Of a DNA stretch of 64,000 nt, positions 1 through 11,405 are shown in pieces. The notes beneath the pieces were generated by a model. That model was not told the origin of the DNA. It made no database searches and saw nothing but the letters and a program-made list of their open reading frames with translations. The DNA comes from Paraspadella gotoi (taxonomy: Eukaryota > Animalia > Chaetognatha), in assembly GCA_051294375.1 (NCBI GenBank), contig CM119269.1, forward strand, positions 12,192,896 through 12,256,895, given 5' to 3'. The stretch's first letter is position 1. Each line of letters begins with the position of its first letter. Both the position numbers and the translations under genes were made by a program.

Positions 1-2
1 TT

Positions 3-119
3 AAAGCGCAGAAGGACGAAATCGGTCTTCCATCGCCTCCGGGTAAAAAACCGCCTCCGCCGCCGCCTCCGCCGCCGCCTACGCCGCCTCCTCCGCCGCC
101 GCCGTTGCACATTTGTTAG
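3..119 (+). CDS. Possible 3' end of a polyproline-containing coding exon entering from the left
   Basis: KAQKDEIGLPSPPGKKPPPPPPPPPTPPPPPPPLHIC*; could equally be a (CCG)n microsatellite. Confidence 0.25.
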   Translation, partial: KAQKDEIGLPSPPGKKPPPPPPPPPPTPPPPPPPLHIC

Positions 120-1013
120 TATTTCCGGTAGAAGCGAAGAAGGGGTTAACGATTCCGCCTTCAACTTACAAGTAACTGGGGCAATCCAGGCGGAGACTCA
201 ATTTTTTTAGTCGTGACGCGAGACGCGGTTCCTTTTAAGGTGATTTTTTGGTCGGTCTGTCTATTTGTCTATTCGTTTATTTTATCTGTTTATTTGTCTG
301 TTTGTCTGTTTAGGAATATTATAATAAATAAAATGAAAAAATGTTTAAAGTGATGAATATAAAAAAGGGGTATAAGGTTGATAGTATAAATAAAATGGTA
401 TTTTAATAAATAGGAGGGAGGGAAAGAGAAAGAAAGGATAAGAGCGAAAAAAAATAGAAATATATTATTGCATAATAAAGAGATAAAATATTCAAGGAGA
501 CGAAAGGAAAGGAAAACAATGACTGCATTGTGATTATTTGTGAATGGCGTGAAAAAATAAGTGAGTCGTGAGATTTGGAATTGTTATATCGGCCAGGTCG
601 TAATCATTAGCGCGAATGGAATAAACACGCGTTAACAACTTTTGATACATATAAAACTAAATGCTTGAGTTGCAAAGATAAACATAATGTTGACTATTAG
701 CATGAAAAAAAAAAGTTGAACTCCCTATCTCTCTTTCTCTCTCCCTTTCCTTCTCTCTCCTCCCTCCCTCAGTCTCTCTCTCCCTTTCCTTCTCTCTCCT
801 CCCTCCCTCTGTCTCTCTCTCCCTCCATGGCAGAGAGATTTAGAGAGAACTGACCCAAGACGACCCTTGAATCCTGTCAACCCTCACCTTTCCTTACTTT
901 TTGCTGCTGAAGCCTCGAAGACTCACCAATATATTCAGTTCAAATTATTCGCCTTGGACGTCGCGAGACGTAACTCCGAAATTGAGTTAGAACCAAACTT
1001 TATAAGGTTAAGT

Positions 1014-1057
<44 letters not shown>

Positions 1058-1437
1058 TTACCGCGATGGAACCATTTCCGTCTCAGTTTAGATGGAAAGA
1101 TTTATGTGAGAAACAATCAAGTTTGAACTTTAAAAAAGATAGAGGAACAAGAATAAGAAAGTCTTAATTTAGACTACACATGTTCGTTAAGACATCAGTA
1201 TTAAACACAAGACGCTTCTCCCCTAAAACACAAAAAATGTCATCATTATAAAATATATTAAAGCTAAACAAAAGTTATGGAATTACAATTCGACCGTTCT
1301 TTTGTAAGCAATGAGTTTTTAAAAAACAAGTTTGAGCAAACAATGTCGGATCTGCCGACAATAATTAAGCGGTTGTAGAAGACGAAAATAGTAGGTAATA
1401 AGCTAATCAGATGATAAATTACAATTTTTTAAAATTT

Positions 1438-3108
1438 TTTTCAACTCGCATCATTTTTTCCACTCACATCATTTTTTCAACTCACATCATTTTTTCAATT
1501 TGCATCATTTTTACAATTCGCATCATTTTTTCAACTTGCGCTATTTTTATGATCATTTTTAGTGCTGATTCATCGGGGAAAAAAACGAGTCTGCAGCTGG
1601 CTCTGCAGGGGCTTTTTCTTTTTCTCTCTTTTCTCCTGCTGCTTCTACTGCTGCCTTTTGATTTCTTTATTTTTTTCTGTTATCATTTCGCTATCGCAAC
1701 ATCATGTTTTTATTTCGTTTTTTATCTCTCTTCTCTCTCTTTCTCTTCTCTCTCTCAATTGCGACGCATCCTTATGCTTTTAAGATTTTTTTCACCCTTG
1801 CATCATTTTTTCAACTTGCATAATTTTTAAATTGCATCATTTTTCCATTAATTAATTAAATTAATTAATTTAATTATTTAATTAATTAATTAATTATTAA
1901 AACATTTATTAGTAATCATAAATAATAAAGATCAAGTAAATGTGACTTATGTTTTTTCCATTTTAAACTCATTTCCACTGGTACAATTCCATCAAAACTT
2001 TATATCTTTGCTTCTTCACACACTTTCCTACCCGCTCACAAAATTTCATCTCAAATATATTATGGGTTAAAATAAGTAAAAAGATTCAAGTAAATGTGAC
2101 TCATATTTTTTTCATTTAAACTCATTTCCACTCGTAACAAAACTTTATTATCAAGCTTCATCACACACTTTCCTACCCACACACAAAATTTGTACTCAAT
2201 CTATCCATCCAATTATGATTAATTAAATATTTATTGGTTAAAATAAGTAAAAAGACTTTAGTAAATGCAACTTATGGTTTTTCCATTTTAAACTCATTTC
2301 CACTCACCACAATTCCATCGAAACTTTATATACAGCTTTTATGGCACACTTTCCTACCCTCACACAAATTCATTTCCAATCCAACAGGTAATCACGAGTT
2401 ATTGGAGCCTTTGGCTAAGGTAGGAGGGAATGGACGGATTGATTGACTGATTAATTAATTATTGATTAATTAATTGACTAATTGATTAATTAACAGATTA
2501 ATTATTTAATTTATTAATATCCTGTTTATACATTTTAATATAAAAAGAAAAAGAAGCTAAATCAATTTGTAAACAGGTTTTTTGTTTTTTTCCATTTAAA
2601 CTCATTTCCACTCAAACGATTCCATCGAAACTTGATTTCCTTTCAATCACACACTTTCCTACCCACATACAAAATTCCAGGTCAATCGCCGCATTCACTC
2701 ATGAGCAATTTGGTGTTCAAATAGTGAAATATATTTTTTTTGTTTTTTCCATTTAAACTCATTTCCACTCGGACGATTTTCATCGCGAAACTTCATATCC
2801 AGCTCAATCACACACTTCCCAACCCACACACAAAAATTCAAATCCATCCATCCAATCACGAGTAATCGGTGTTTTTTGCTAAGGTGGGACGGACGGACGG
2901 ACGGAGGGCGACGACGGACGGACAGACAGACAGACAGGACAGACAGACAGACCGAGGCACGGACATCATTTTTTTGCATAATTTATTCATAATTCAATGT
3001 TCTGACATGAATATAAGTTAGGCCCGACAATATTGAGGGGCGGGACCGACGGACCGACAAAGTGAATTATAGAGTCGGCGATTGCTGATAAGCAGATCCG
3101 ACTAAAAA
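1438..3108 (-). mobile_element. Helentron/DINE-1-like non-autonomous element, family A
   Basis: Minus strand starts TTTTTAGTCGG..CCGACT (hairpin), then a (TCTG/TCCG)n microsatellite (2885-2950), five tandem units of roughly 150-170 bp (tttaaactcatttccact..cacactttcctaccc) and an 18-bp minisatellite. Related pieces at 10268-10427, 11406-12900 and 24410-24472. Confidence 0.65.
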
Positions 3109-4689
3109 CCACTATTAATTTTGTATAGTACCTGAGTTTTCTGCACAAGTCTGTACAAAAACAAAACAACTAATTTGATTATTTCAGACGATCTCGGAAT
3201 CTGGAATCCGGAATTCTCACACAACTCGACTTTTCTTAATTTCTTCCTTCATTAATTATATTCATTATTAAGTAGTTCCGCCTTCCAGTCTCTCATGGGG
3301 AGAGGCGCTAGGGATAATTAATTCATATCGGAACCGCGACTGTTTAATCGGGGAATGAGATCGTGTGACTGAATTAAAATTTAAAGTCTGAATAAAGAAG
3401 ATTTTGAGTCTGAATCGAGAAGATCGGGACACTGAATCAAAAGGATTTTAAATCTGAATAAAAGGATCCAAAGTCTAAAAACTGATTTTGTTAGATATTT
3501 AATGATTTTATCTGAGTTTAACTCTGTTCGTTCGAATCGAAGAAACGAACCTATATTTAGAGTCAGAATCGTGACTTAATAATTCCTGCTTTCCTATTGG
3601 TTTAAAGTTTCCTTATTTTTCCTAACCTCAATTCTAACTTCTTATTGGTCAAAAGTAGTATTTAGGAGATTTAAACTTATTGAAGCTAAGGTTTTTCTTG
3701 ATTATATGATGCAACCAGGAGATAATATTTTTGTTGAATATTTGAAACTATTTGTGAGATTAATAATTAAATTCTCTTTAGATTTAAGCGTTTGTCCTCG
3801 CCTATTCACGTTTGTCCTTATGTTTGTCTATATTCGTTTAATAATGTCAAATTGGAATCGCGTCTTTATTATTATGGAATTATAATTGGACTGCTTAAAC
3901 CCTGTATAGCGTTTGTTTTATGAGAGAAAAACCGGCAACAGATTTAAAGTATGAATTAAAAATATCGTAAATCTGAATATAGTAATCCGTTAGTCTGAAT
4001 CAATAAAATCATGATTCTGAATCCAAAAATATCATGAGTCTGAATAAAAAGGATAATTCGCCTGAATTAGGAAAATCTCCAAGAAAATTGGGATCAAAAA
4101 GACGAACGCGTGAGAAAAATGAAAATGGGCGTGGCAACCCGAACGGCGGGTAAGACGAAAAAGAAGATGGCGCGGAGGTGTGGGAACGCCCACTAAAAAA
4201 ATCCTTATTTGGAGGTTGACTTATATTACATAACAAAGACTGACTAACAAGAGCAACCAAGGAAGCTTTTAGCGTCTGAGTTTATTACTTATAAGAAGAT
4301 CAACTGGTACCGACCTAAAAAAATGGCTACAGCACCCATACGATCTATCCATTGGTTATAATATAGATTTTATTAGTAAGAAAAGTCCTGAAAATTCTTT
4401 TTTTTGTACTCGTCCGATAAAGCATGTGACGACATGGTCACTTCATATATATTAGAGTGCAAAAATTAACATTTTTCCAACCGGAAAGAATCTTAATTGT
4501 CTAAAATTCTTTGAACAAAACTTCAACTTGATTTGCGCTACCTTATTAAAATTTTTGGACTAACTTTTATGCCACCAATAGCCGACATGCGACAAAATAG
4601 GAAGCCTTTGAATCTTAAAAGTATAGTGATCTCCTCAGACGTTACTATCAAAGAAATTTAATGAAAAAATCTGAACAAAAAACGAATGA

Positions 4690-5470
4690 TTGATGCGATA
4701 ACGAATTATTGATAAAATAGTAATTGATTGATGTAATAACTAGATACATTGTTTGGTAGTTAAACCATAAACCTGCAAAAAAAAAGATAGAAATTGTTTA
4801 TTATTATTGTAATGTCTACTTAAGAGAGTGGTTCAACCTGGACTATGATGCGATGATAGTTACTCACTGTTATGATGATAGTCATTCACTGATGTGAAGA
4901 GAGTCATTCATTGATATGATGATAATCATTCATTGATACGTTGAAAGCATTCATTAAAATGATGATAATCATTCATTGATGTGAGAATAGTCATTCACTG
5001 ATTTGATGATAGTCATTCCTTGATATGATAATAGTCATTCATTGATGCAATGATAGTCATTCACTGATGCGATGATAACCAAATATTGATGCGATGATAA
5101 CCAAATGATTGATGCGTTGATAAGCATAGTAATTGATTGATTGATGTAATATTAATTGATTGATTGACGTAATAGTAATTGATTGATTGATGTAATAGTA
5201 ATTGATTGATGTAATAGTTTATTGATTGATGTAATAATAGTAATTGATTAATCATTAATGTAATAGTAATTGATTAATGTAATAGTAATTTATTGATGCG
5301 ATGATAACCAAATATTGATACGATGATAACCAAATATTGATACGATGATAACCAAATAATTAATGTGATGATAATCATTCATTGATGTGATGATAATCAT
5401 TCATTGATGCGATGATAGTCATTCATTGATACGATGATAATCATTCATTGACGCGATGAATCATTCATCA
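4690..5470. repeat. Degenerate minisatellite, about 18-22-bp units (gatgcgatgatagtcattcatt)
   Basis: Direct inspection. Confidence 0.9.
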
Positions 5471-5676
5471 TAAATAAAACAAACAAATTCATGTATGAGT
5501 GAGAGAGAGAGAGAAAGAGAGGGAAAGAAAGAAAGAGAGGAAGAAAGAGAAAAATAGAATTCTAACCGCTGCAGAACTGAACCCGTTTTTAAACGAATCA
5601 GAAGAAGACAAGAAGACAAGAAATGTTATTATTGTTTACAATTAGAAATTGTTACAACTTTTTTCAATTGGAAGTT

Positions 5677-6017
5677 GTAAAAGTGTATATTTTTATTTAT
5701 ATAAAATTTAGATATAGCTTCTCATCAAAAAGGTCTTTTAAAATCACATGTTTCATATTGATTCAAGTATTTTTTGTATGAATTTTCTTTTCAAGATGAT
5801 TTACTGCAATATGTAAATTAGAAAATAGTATTTTTATACTAATTTGCATATTATAGTGAGTACTATATTCTATTTTGCATATTGCAGTAAATCATAATGA
5901 AGTAGAAATTCAAACAAAAAATACTTGAATCAATATAAAACATAAACATTTCAAAAATATTTTAAAAAGAGAAGCCAAATCTAAATTTTTAACTTACTAT
6001 GATCGCACACTTTTATA
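5677..6017. mobile_element. Fold-back / long-TIR MITE-like element
   Basis: Nested inverted arms: atgtttcatattgattcaagtatttttt / aaaaaatacttgaatcaatataaaacat; gatttactgcaatatg / catattgcagtaaatc; aaaatttagat..gcttctc / gagaagc..atctaaatttt. Confidence 0.7.
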
Positions 6018-8875
6018 AAAGTTCATCGTCATTCATAGTAGTTTTTATTTAAAAAAAATTGTAAGCCCCAGTCAAAACTATATAAACCGTAGTAGTTTTT
6101 TATATAATAAAAAAGTGTGACGCAGATGCAGACAACAACGACGACGTCACAAAGAAGCTATAGCGATCCAAAATCTCGCCAAGACGGGCTTAACCTTTTT
6201 GCAATAGTATGAGTGCACTCAAAAGAATTTTAAAGACTTGTGATTGTTTTGCCACGTTAATGAAAACTATATAAAAGTTTCCTAAATGTACAGGTTAATG
6301 GATTAAGGGCTTGTGTTGAGTTTAAAAGTAAATTCAGGAATAAAAAAAACAAAAATAGGGTTCTGTCGGAAAATAGTAGCTGAATTTCTTTAGGAGATAA
6401 AAGTTATGTTACGTAACCGCATCATCCCTTTAATCTAATTAAAAATAAAATTTAAGTGAGTTTAAAAATTCTTATCGCGGAAAAATAGGAAAAATCTGAT
6501 CCGAAATGTTTTTTTTTTTTAGCGTAAATCGGAAACGCGAAGAAAGTTGCGCTTTGACGCGCGAGGCTGGAGAAGCGAGGGGAGGAGGAGGAGGAGGAAG
6601 AGGAGGGGGAAAAAGATGAGGAAGAGGAGGAGCAGGAGCGTTAGTGAGGAGGTAGAGGAATTGAGTGGAAGCGGAAGTGGTGGAAAGAGAGAGAGAGAGA
6701 GAGAGAGAGACTATATCAAGTGTGGAGGAAGAGAGTGAAAACCATTGTGGAGGCGTAAGTGAAAAAAAAGAGGAAATAAAACCATTGTGGAGGCGTGAGT
6801 GGAGAAAGGAGAAAAAGAGACCATTGTGGTTTCGGGTGTGGGAGATGAAGAAGAAAACCATTGTGGAGGCAGGAGGAGGAAGAGGATGAGATGGAGGAGG
6901 AGGAGGAGGAAGAGGAGGAGGGCGAAGAAGAGGAGAGGGAGGAGAAAGAGGAGGAGGCGAGGATGAGGAGATGGAGGAGGAGGAAGAGAAAGAGGATGAG
7001 GACGAGAATGATGATATGGAGGAATAGGAAGAGGAGGAGGAAGAGGAGATGGAGGAGGAGGAGGAAGGGAAGGAAAACTCCCGGAAGACGAATTTGAAGC
7101 AAAGAATCTAAACATTACAAATCCGATTTCTTTGGGAGGTTGTTAGAAAAGTCAGACCTGCGGAAAATGTTTATTTTTTCTTTCTATTTTCCTTATTTTC
7201 TTTTTTTTTGTCTTCTTTTCTTTCCTTTTTTTCTCTTTTTTTCTTCTCTTCTCTTCTCTTCTCTTCTCTTCTCTTCTCTTCTCTTCTCTTCTCTTCTCTT
7301 CTTTTCTCTTCTCTTCTCTTCTATTCACTTCTCTTCTCTTCTCTTCTCTTTTCTTCTCTTCTATTCACTTCTCTTCTCTTCTCTTTTCTATCTTCCCATT
7401 AGTTACACTTTGGTTCTCTTTCTCGTTCTGCCTTGCTCCACTCGGCTCGCTTTATCTCAAGATGGCGGTAAAAAGTTGTGGAAAAAAGAAGAGAAACAAA
7501 GAAAAGTAAAAGAAGTAAAAAAAGAAAATAAAAGAGGAGAAAAAGGAAAGTAGAGTAAGACTCTTTTCAAAGAAGGATTAAGAAAAGGATATCGAGACCT
7601 GGTCATTACTGCTCAAAGAGAGAAGAAATGGAATATCAGCAAAGAATATAACATGAAACTGTGATAATCAGTGATAATCAGTTAGAACAATAATAATAAT
7701 AATCAATAAAATCAGTGCATTTGGTTAAGGAAAGAAAAAGAGAGCATTGATCGGTCAGGAGAAAAGGAAAGATAAGTAAAAGATTAACTGAAACCAGTGA
7801 TCAAGGATGAGTGAAAAGAAGAAAAGATAAGAACTTTAAACAAGAACAAGAACGAAGAATGACTCGCGAAATATTTGGGGTCGGATTTTGAAGCCGAGAA
7901 TGAAAGAGATAATCTTACTTGATGTGGATGATAAGAGGAAGAAGGAAAGAAAGATTTTGTGGGAATCGAAATTCACAGTATTTCATTTCTAAAAAGGATA
8001 AAGGAAGAAGACAGCACGAAAATTAGGAGAAAGTTGCCCAGTTGAAATGGTAAATAAAATGTTATACTATTACATTGATAAGGGACCAATGTATTTTGGG
8101 AGTTTACAAACAGTAGACTGAAAGAATCTCTTGATTAAAAGCTGGCAAGGACTTCATGACATGAAGTCCTTGCCAGTCAGTCAGCAAGAATAATGCACTT
8201 ATATATTGTAAGAGGGAGAGAGAACTGAATCCATTATAAACTGCACGTGCATAGAGAAAGAATAATTAGTTTTACATGGGTCATACCGATGGCGTCATCA
8301 TTTTATCACTTTATCAATACTACAAGAGTTCTTGGGAATTAAGTATGTAGAAAGCAGACGGGTTGCAGAGAAATGAGAAAACAAGAAGAGGGAATGACGA
8401 GGCATTAGAGTGGAGCACTCGGGAACAAAAAAATTATTTGAGTGATCAAACAAGGATATTTAGACGTGAGATAGTATGATTAACTAGTACAACAAATATT
8501 TTGTTCATATATGCGATTTTATTCGAATACAACGAGGTTGATTCAGTACAATCATCATCAACAAACAAACAAACATAGACTAAGTCTGAGCAAACAAAAA
8601 ACATTATAAAATAGAGAGAAAAAACAGTTAATGAAATAAAATTAATTAATTAAAATTTAAACAATTAAAAATTGTTCTTATGTTGTAAAAAACGGAACAA
8701 GTTTCTGAAGAACAGTATTTTTCATTGTATATATTGATTATTAAAAATTGTAGAATCATATAGTCTCGGGAACAGAATAGTAAAATACAATATATTTATA
8801 TATAGTAAATTTTAAAAATAATTTTTTAAAAACTTTTAATAAAGATTCAGATTCTTTATAAAAAGTTAAATCAAA

Positions 8876-9143
8876 GTGCGGAGTACAATAAGTATTCCCC
8901 GATCTAATACTTAAGGGAGTGGTCTTTTCATACAATTGAAACATTCTTTGAATATTATACCACTTCATTGATAGGGAAGCCAGGTACTCTGGGAGTGAAT
9001 AAACGAGACTGTGAGAGAGTCTTGTCATTATCTTGTAAGAGTGATGGAGGCCTTAAACCACCAAAGCCTGTCCAAAGTCAGGGGCAAGATAGCTTATATA
9101 TTAAATGAATGGATAATTTTTATATTGGTTGTACCAATTTCAT
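8876..9143. mobile_element. Interspersed repeat family B (about 270-300 bp)
   Basis: Core gatggaggccttaaaccaccaaagcctgtccaaagtcagggg caagatagctt recurs at 26130-26402, 28670-29215 (three stacked, inverted), 32620-32745, and partially at 8100-8155 and 48585-48685. Confidence 0.8.
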
Positions 9144-10267
9144 AAAACATGTTATCAAAAATTATGTCGTCTTCAGCATTTAAAACGGGAAAAAAGATGA
9201 AAATTCAGGACTTTTTTATTCTCTGTAGTAGAAACTTATATATGTTAAAACATTTTAGTAATTTTTTGCGGTTTAAACATTAAAATATCATATAACATAT
9301 TTTATAAAAGTTTGTTAATTTTTTTATAGTGAATCCAATTCTGTTCTTAAATTTATAATTTATAATTTATAATTTTTAAGTTAAAAATTAAAAAAAATTG
9401 GAGAGAAGAAGAAATAGGATTAATAAAAAGAATGGAAGAAAACTTAGGAGGAGCAGGAGGAGGTAGGAAGAGCGAGAGAGTTAGAAATAGGAATATGAGT
9501 AGGAGAAGGTGAAAGGAAATATGGATTAGAAATTAGAACAAAGGACGAATAAAAATGGAAAAAAGGATTCGAAACATTTTTTAATCGGAGGATGAGCAAA
9601 ATAAAGAAAAAGAATTGAGTCGATAACGAAATTTATAAGAAGACGAAAAATTTAAAAAACGTTAGGAGATTAAAGTTTTAGAGAGTCGTCCCCTTATAGC
9701 CATTGACTGAATAGGGTTTTTGAGCGGCGTAATATTTGAAAGATTGGATGTAAGAGGAGCGGGAAAAAAAGTTGATTTAAAATTGATTTCAATACGATTT
9801 GAATTGGACTTAAGGAAGGAAAAGACTCGCCTCGATTTTAATGAACATCGTTAAAATCTCGGTTTTTTGTTTAAATGGAATAGATTCCGATTCATGGAAA
9901 AGGAATGAGACGAAATCACACCAAGTCACATGAAATCACTGGGATTCACAGCTAATGACAGGGAATCACAAGGAATGGGTATCACGGCCCGAGTGATTAT
10001 AAGGGCTGAGCGCTTGAATTATACTTTGGAAGATTAGAAGAATTTCTATATCGATCGAATTGGGGAAAAAAACCCATAAATTTAAAAAAATTATTTTTGT
10101 TTTCATGTTTATTTTGTTTGTTTTGTTTTGTTATGAAATTCAGATTGACTTGAGATACTCAGCTGCTCGAATCACAACTCCGTTTTTCATTTTCTATTTT
10201 TTTCCCTTTTTTTGCAAATTTGTGACATCGACCCTCTTTTCTTTTCTCTTCTTTTCTTTTTCTTTTC

Positions 10268-10427
10268 TAGCAGATTCCGACTCTATAATTCACTTTGTCG
10301 TCCCGTCGGTCCGCTCCTCAATTTTGTCGGGCATTGAATTATGATAAAAAAAAAACGATGACCGTCCGTCCATCTGTCTGTCTGGAAGGATGGATTGGAA
10401 TGAAGTTTTGTGTGTGGGTAGGGAAGT
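10268..10427 (+). mobile_element. Family-A fragment
   Basis: ccgactctataattcactttgtcgtcccgtcggtccg is the reverse complement of 3020-3080, followed by the microsatellite and the start of one tandem unit. Confidence 0.7.
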
Positions 10428-10570
10428 CCCTCACAGTCTTATTTATTCACTCCTAGAGTAGTACATGGCTCCTCTATCAGTGGTATAATATTACTTTTAT
10501 CACTTTTATGATATTTAATTTATAAATTTGTTTCGATTTTTGTATATTAAAATATCGTTAATACAAGTAC

Positions 10571-10644
10571 GTCTCTGTGGCGCAACCGGTTAGCGCGTTC
10601 AGCTGTTAACCGAAAGGTTGGTGGTTCGAGCCCACCCAGTGACG
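10571..10644 (+). tRNA. tRNA-Asn (GTT), possibly impaired
   Basis: GTCTCTGTGGCGCAACCGGTTAGCGCGTTCAGCTGTTAACCGAAAGGTTGGTGGTTCGAGCCCACCCAGTGACG. Cloverleaf has an A-C mismatch in the anticodon stem and a T-T mismatch in the acceptor stem. TTTT follows shortly downstream. Confidence 0.92.
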
Positions 10645-10758
10645 CACAACTTTTACTCAAAAAATACCTTAAAATATTTAGTTAATACTTATAATATTTT
10701 TTAAATGATCTATTTAAGAATTTATTGCCTATTGGTTTTGTATGAAAAGGACTGTAAG

Positions 10759-10840
10759 GACGAGGTGGCCGAGTGGTTAAGGCGTTGGACTGCTAATCTA
10801 ATGTGCTCTGCACGCATGGGTTCGAATCCCATCCTCGTCG
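10759..10840 (+). tRNA. tRNA-Ser (GCT)
   Basis: GACGAGGTGGCCGAGTGGTTAAGGCGTTGGACTGCTAATCTAATGTGCTCTGCACGCATGGGTTCGAATCCCATCCTCGTCG; 82 nt, long variable arm, intact A and B boxes. Confidence 0.95.
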
Positions 10841-10974
10841 GTGGAATGTTTCATACCCTTTGGTCTGTTTTAAATATTGACTGTAGAGCATTAAAATTAT
10901 AACTAATTTGATTAATGTTAACAGTCAGTTAAACTAAAACGACGTAGATTTTGATTACCGTACGAAATGTCTTA

Positions 10975-11003
10975 GACGTCAGTGGCCAAGTGGTAAGACG
11001 TCG
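10975..11003 (+). pseudogene. Truncated tRNA 5' half (Thr-CGT-like D arm)
   Basis: GACGTCAGTGGCCAAGTGGTAAGACGTCG then a T run; A box only, no anticodon or T arm. Confidence 0.55.
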
Positions 11004-11034
11004 CTTTCTTTTTTTGTTTTATTGTAGCGTTACA

Positions 11035-11395
11035 AAGAAATTAAAAAACAAAAAAATTAAAAAACAAAGAAATTTAAAAAAAAATTAAAAAACAAAGAAA
11101 TTAAAAAACAAAAAATTTAAAAAACACAAAAATTAAAAAACACAAAAATTAAAAAACAAAGAAATTAAAAAACAAAGAAATAAAAAAAAATAAAAAACAA
11201 AGAAATTACAAAATTACAAAATTAAAAAACAAAGAAATTAAAAAAATAAAAAAATTATAAAACCAAAAAATTTAAAAACACAAAAATTAAAAAACAAAGA
11301 AATTAAAAAACAAAAAAATTAAAAAACAAAGAAATTAAAAAACAAAAAAATTAAAAAACAAAGAAATTAAAAAAAACAAAGAAATTAAAAAAAGA
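11035..11395. repeat. 16-bp A-rich minisatellite (aaattaaaaaacaaag)
   Basis: Direct inspection. Confidence 0.9.
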
Positions 11396-11405
11396 ACTCG
11401 AAGAG

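Noticed and set aside
7440-8060. Decayed retroelement ORF1 or promoter (CAAGATGGCGG YY1-like motif followed by an A-rich tract)
   Set aside because: No open frame or diagnostic protein motif; a single short motif is insufficient.
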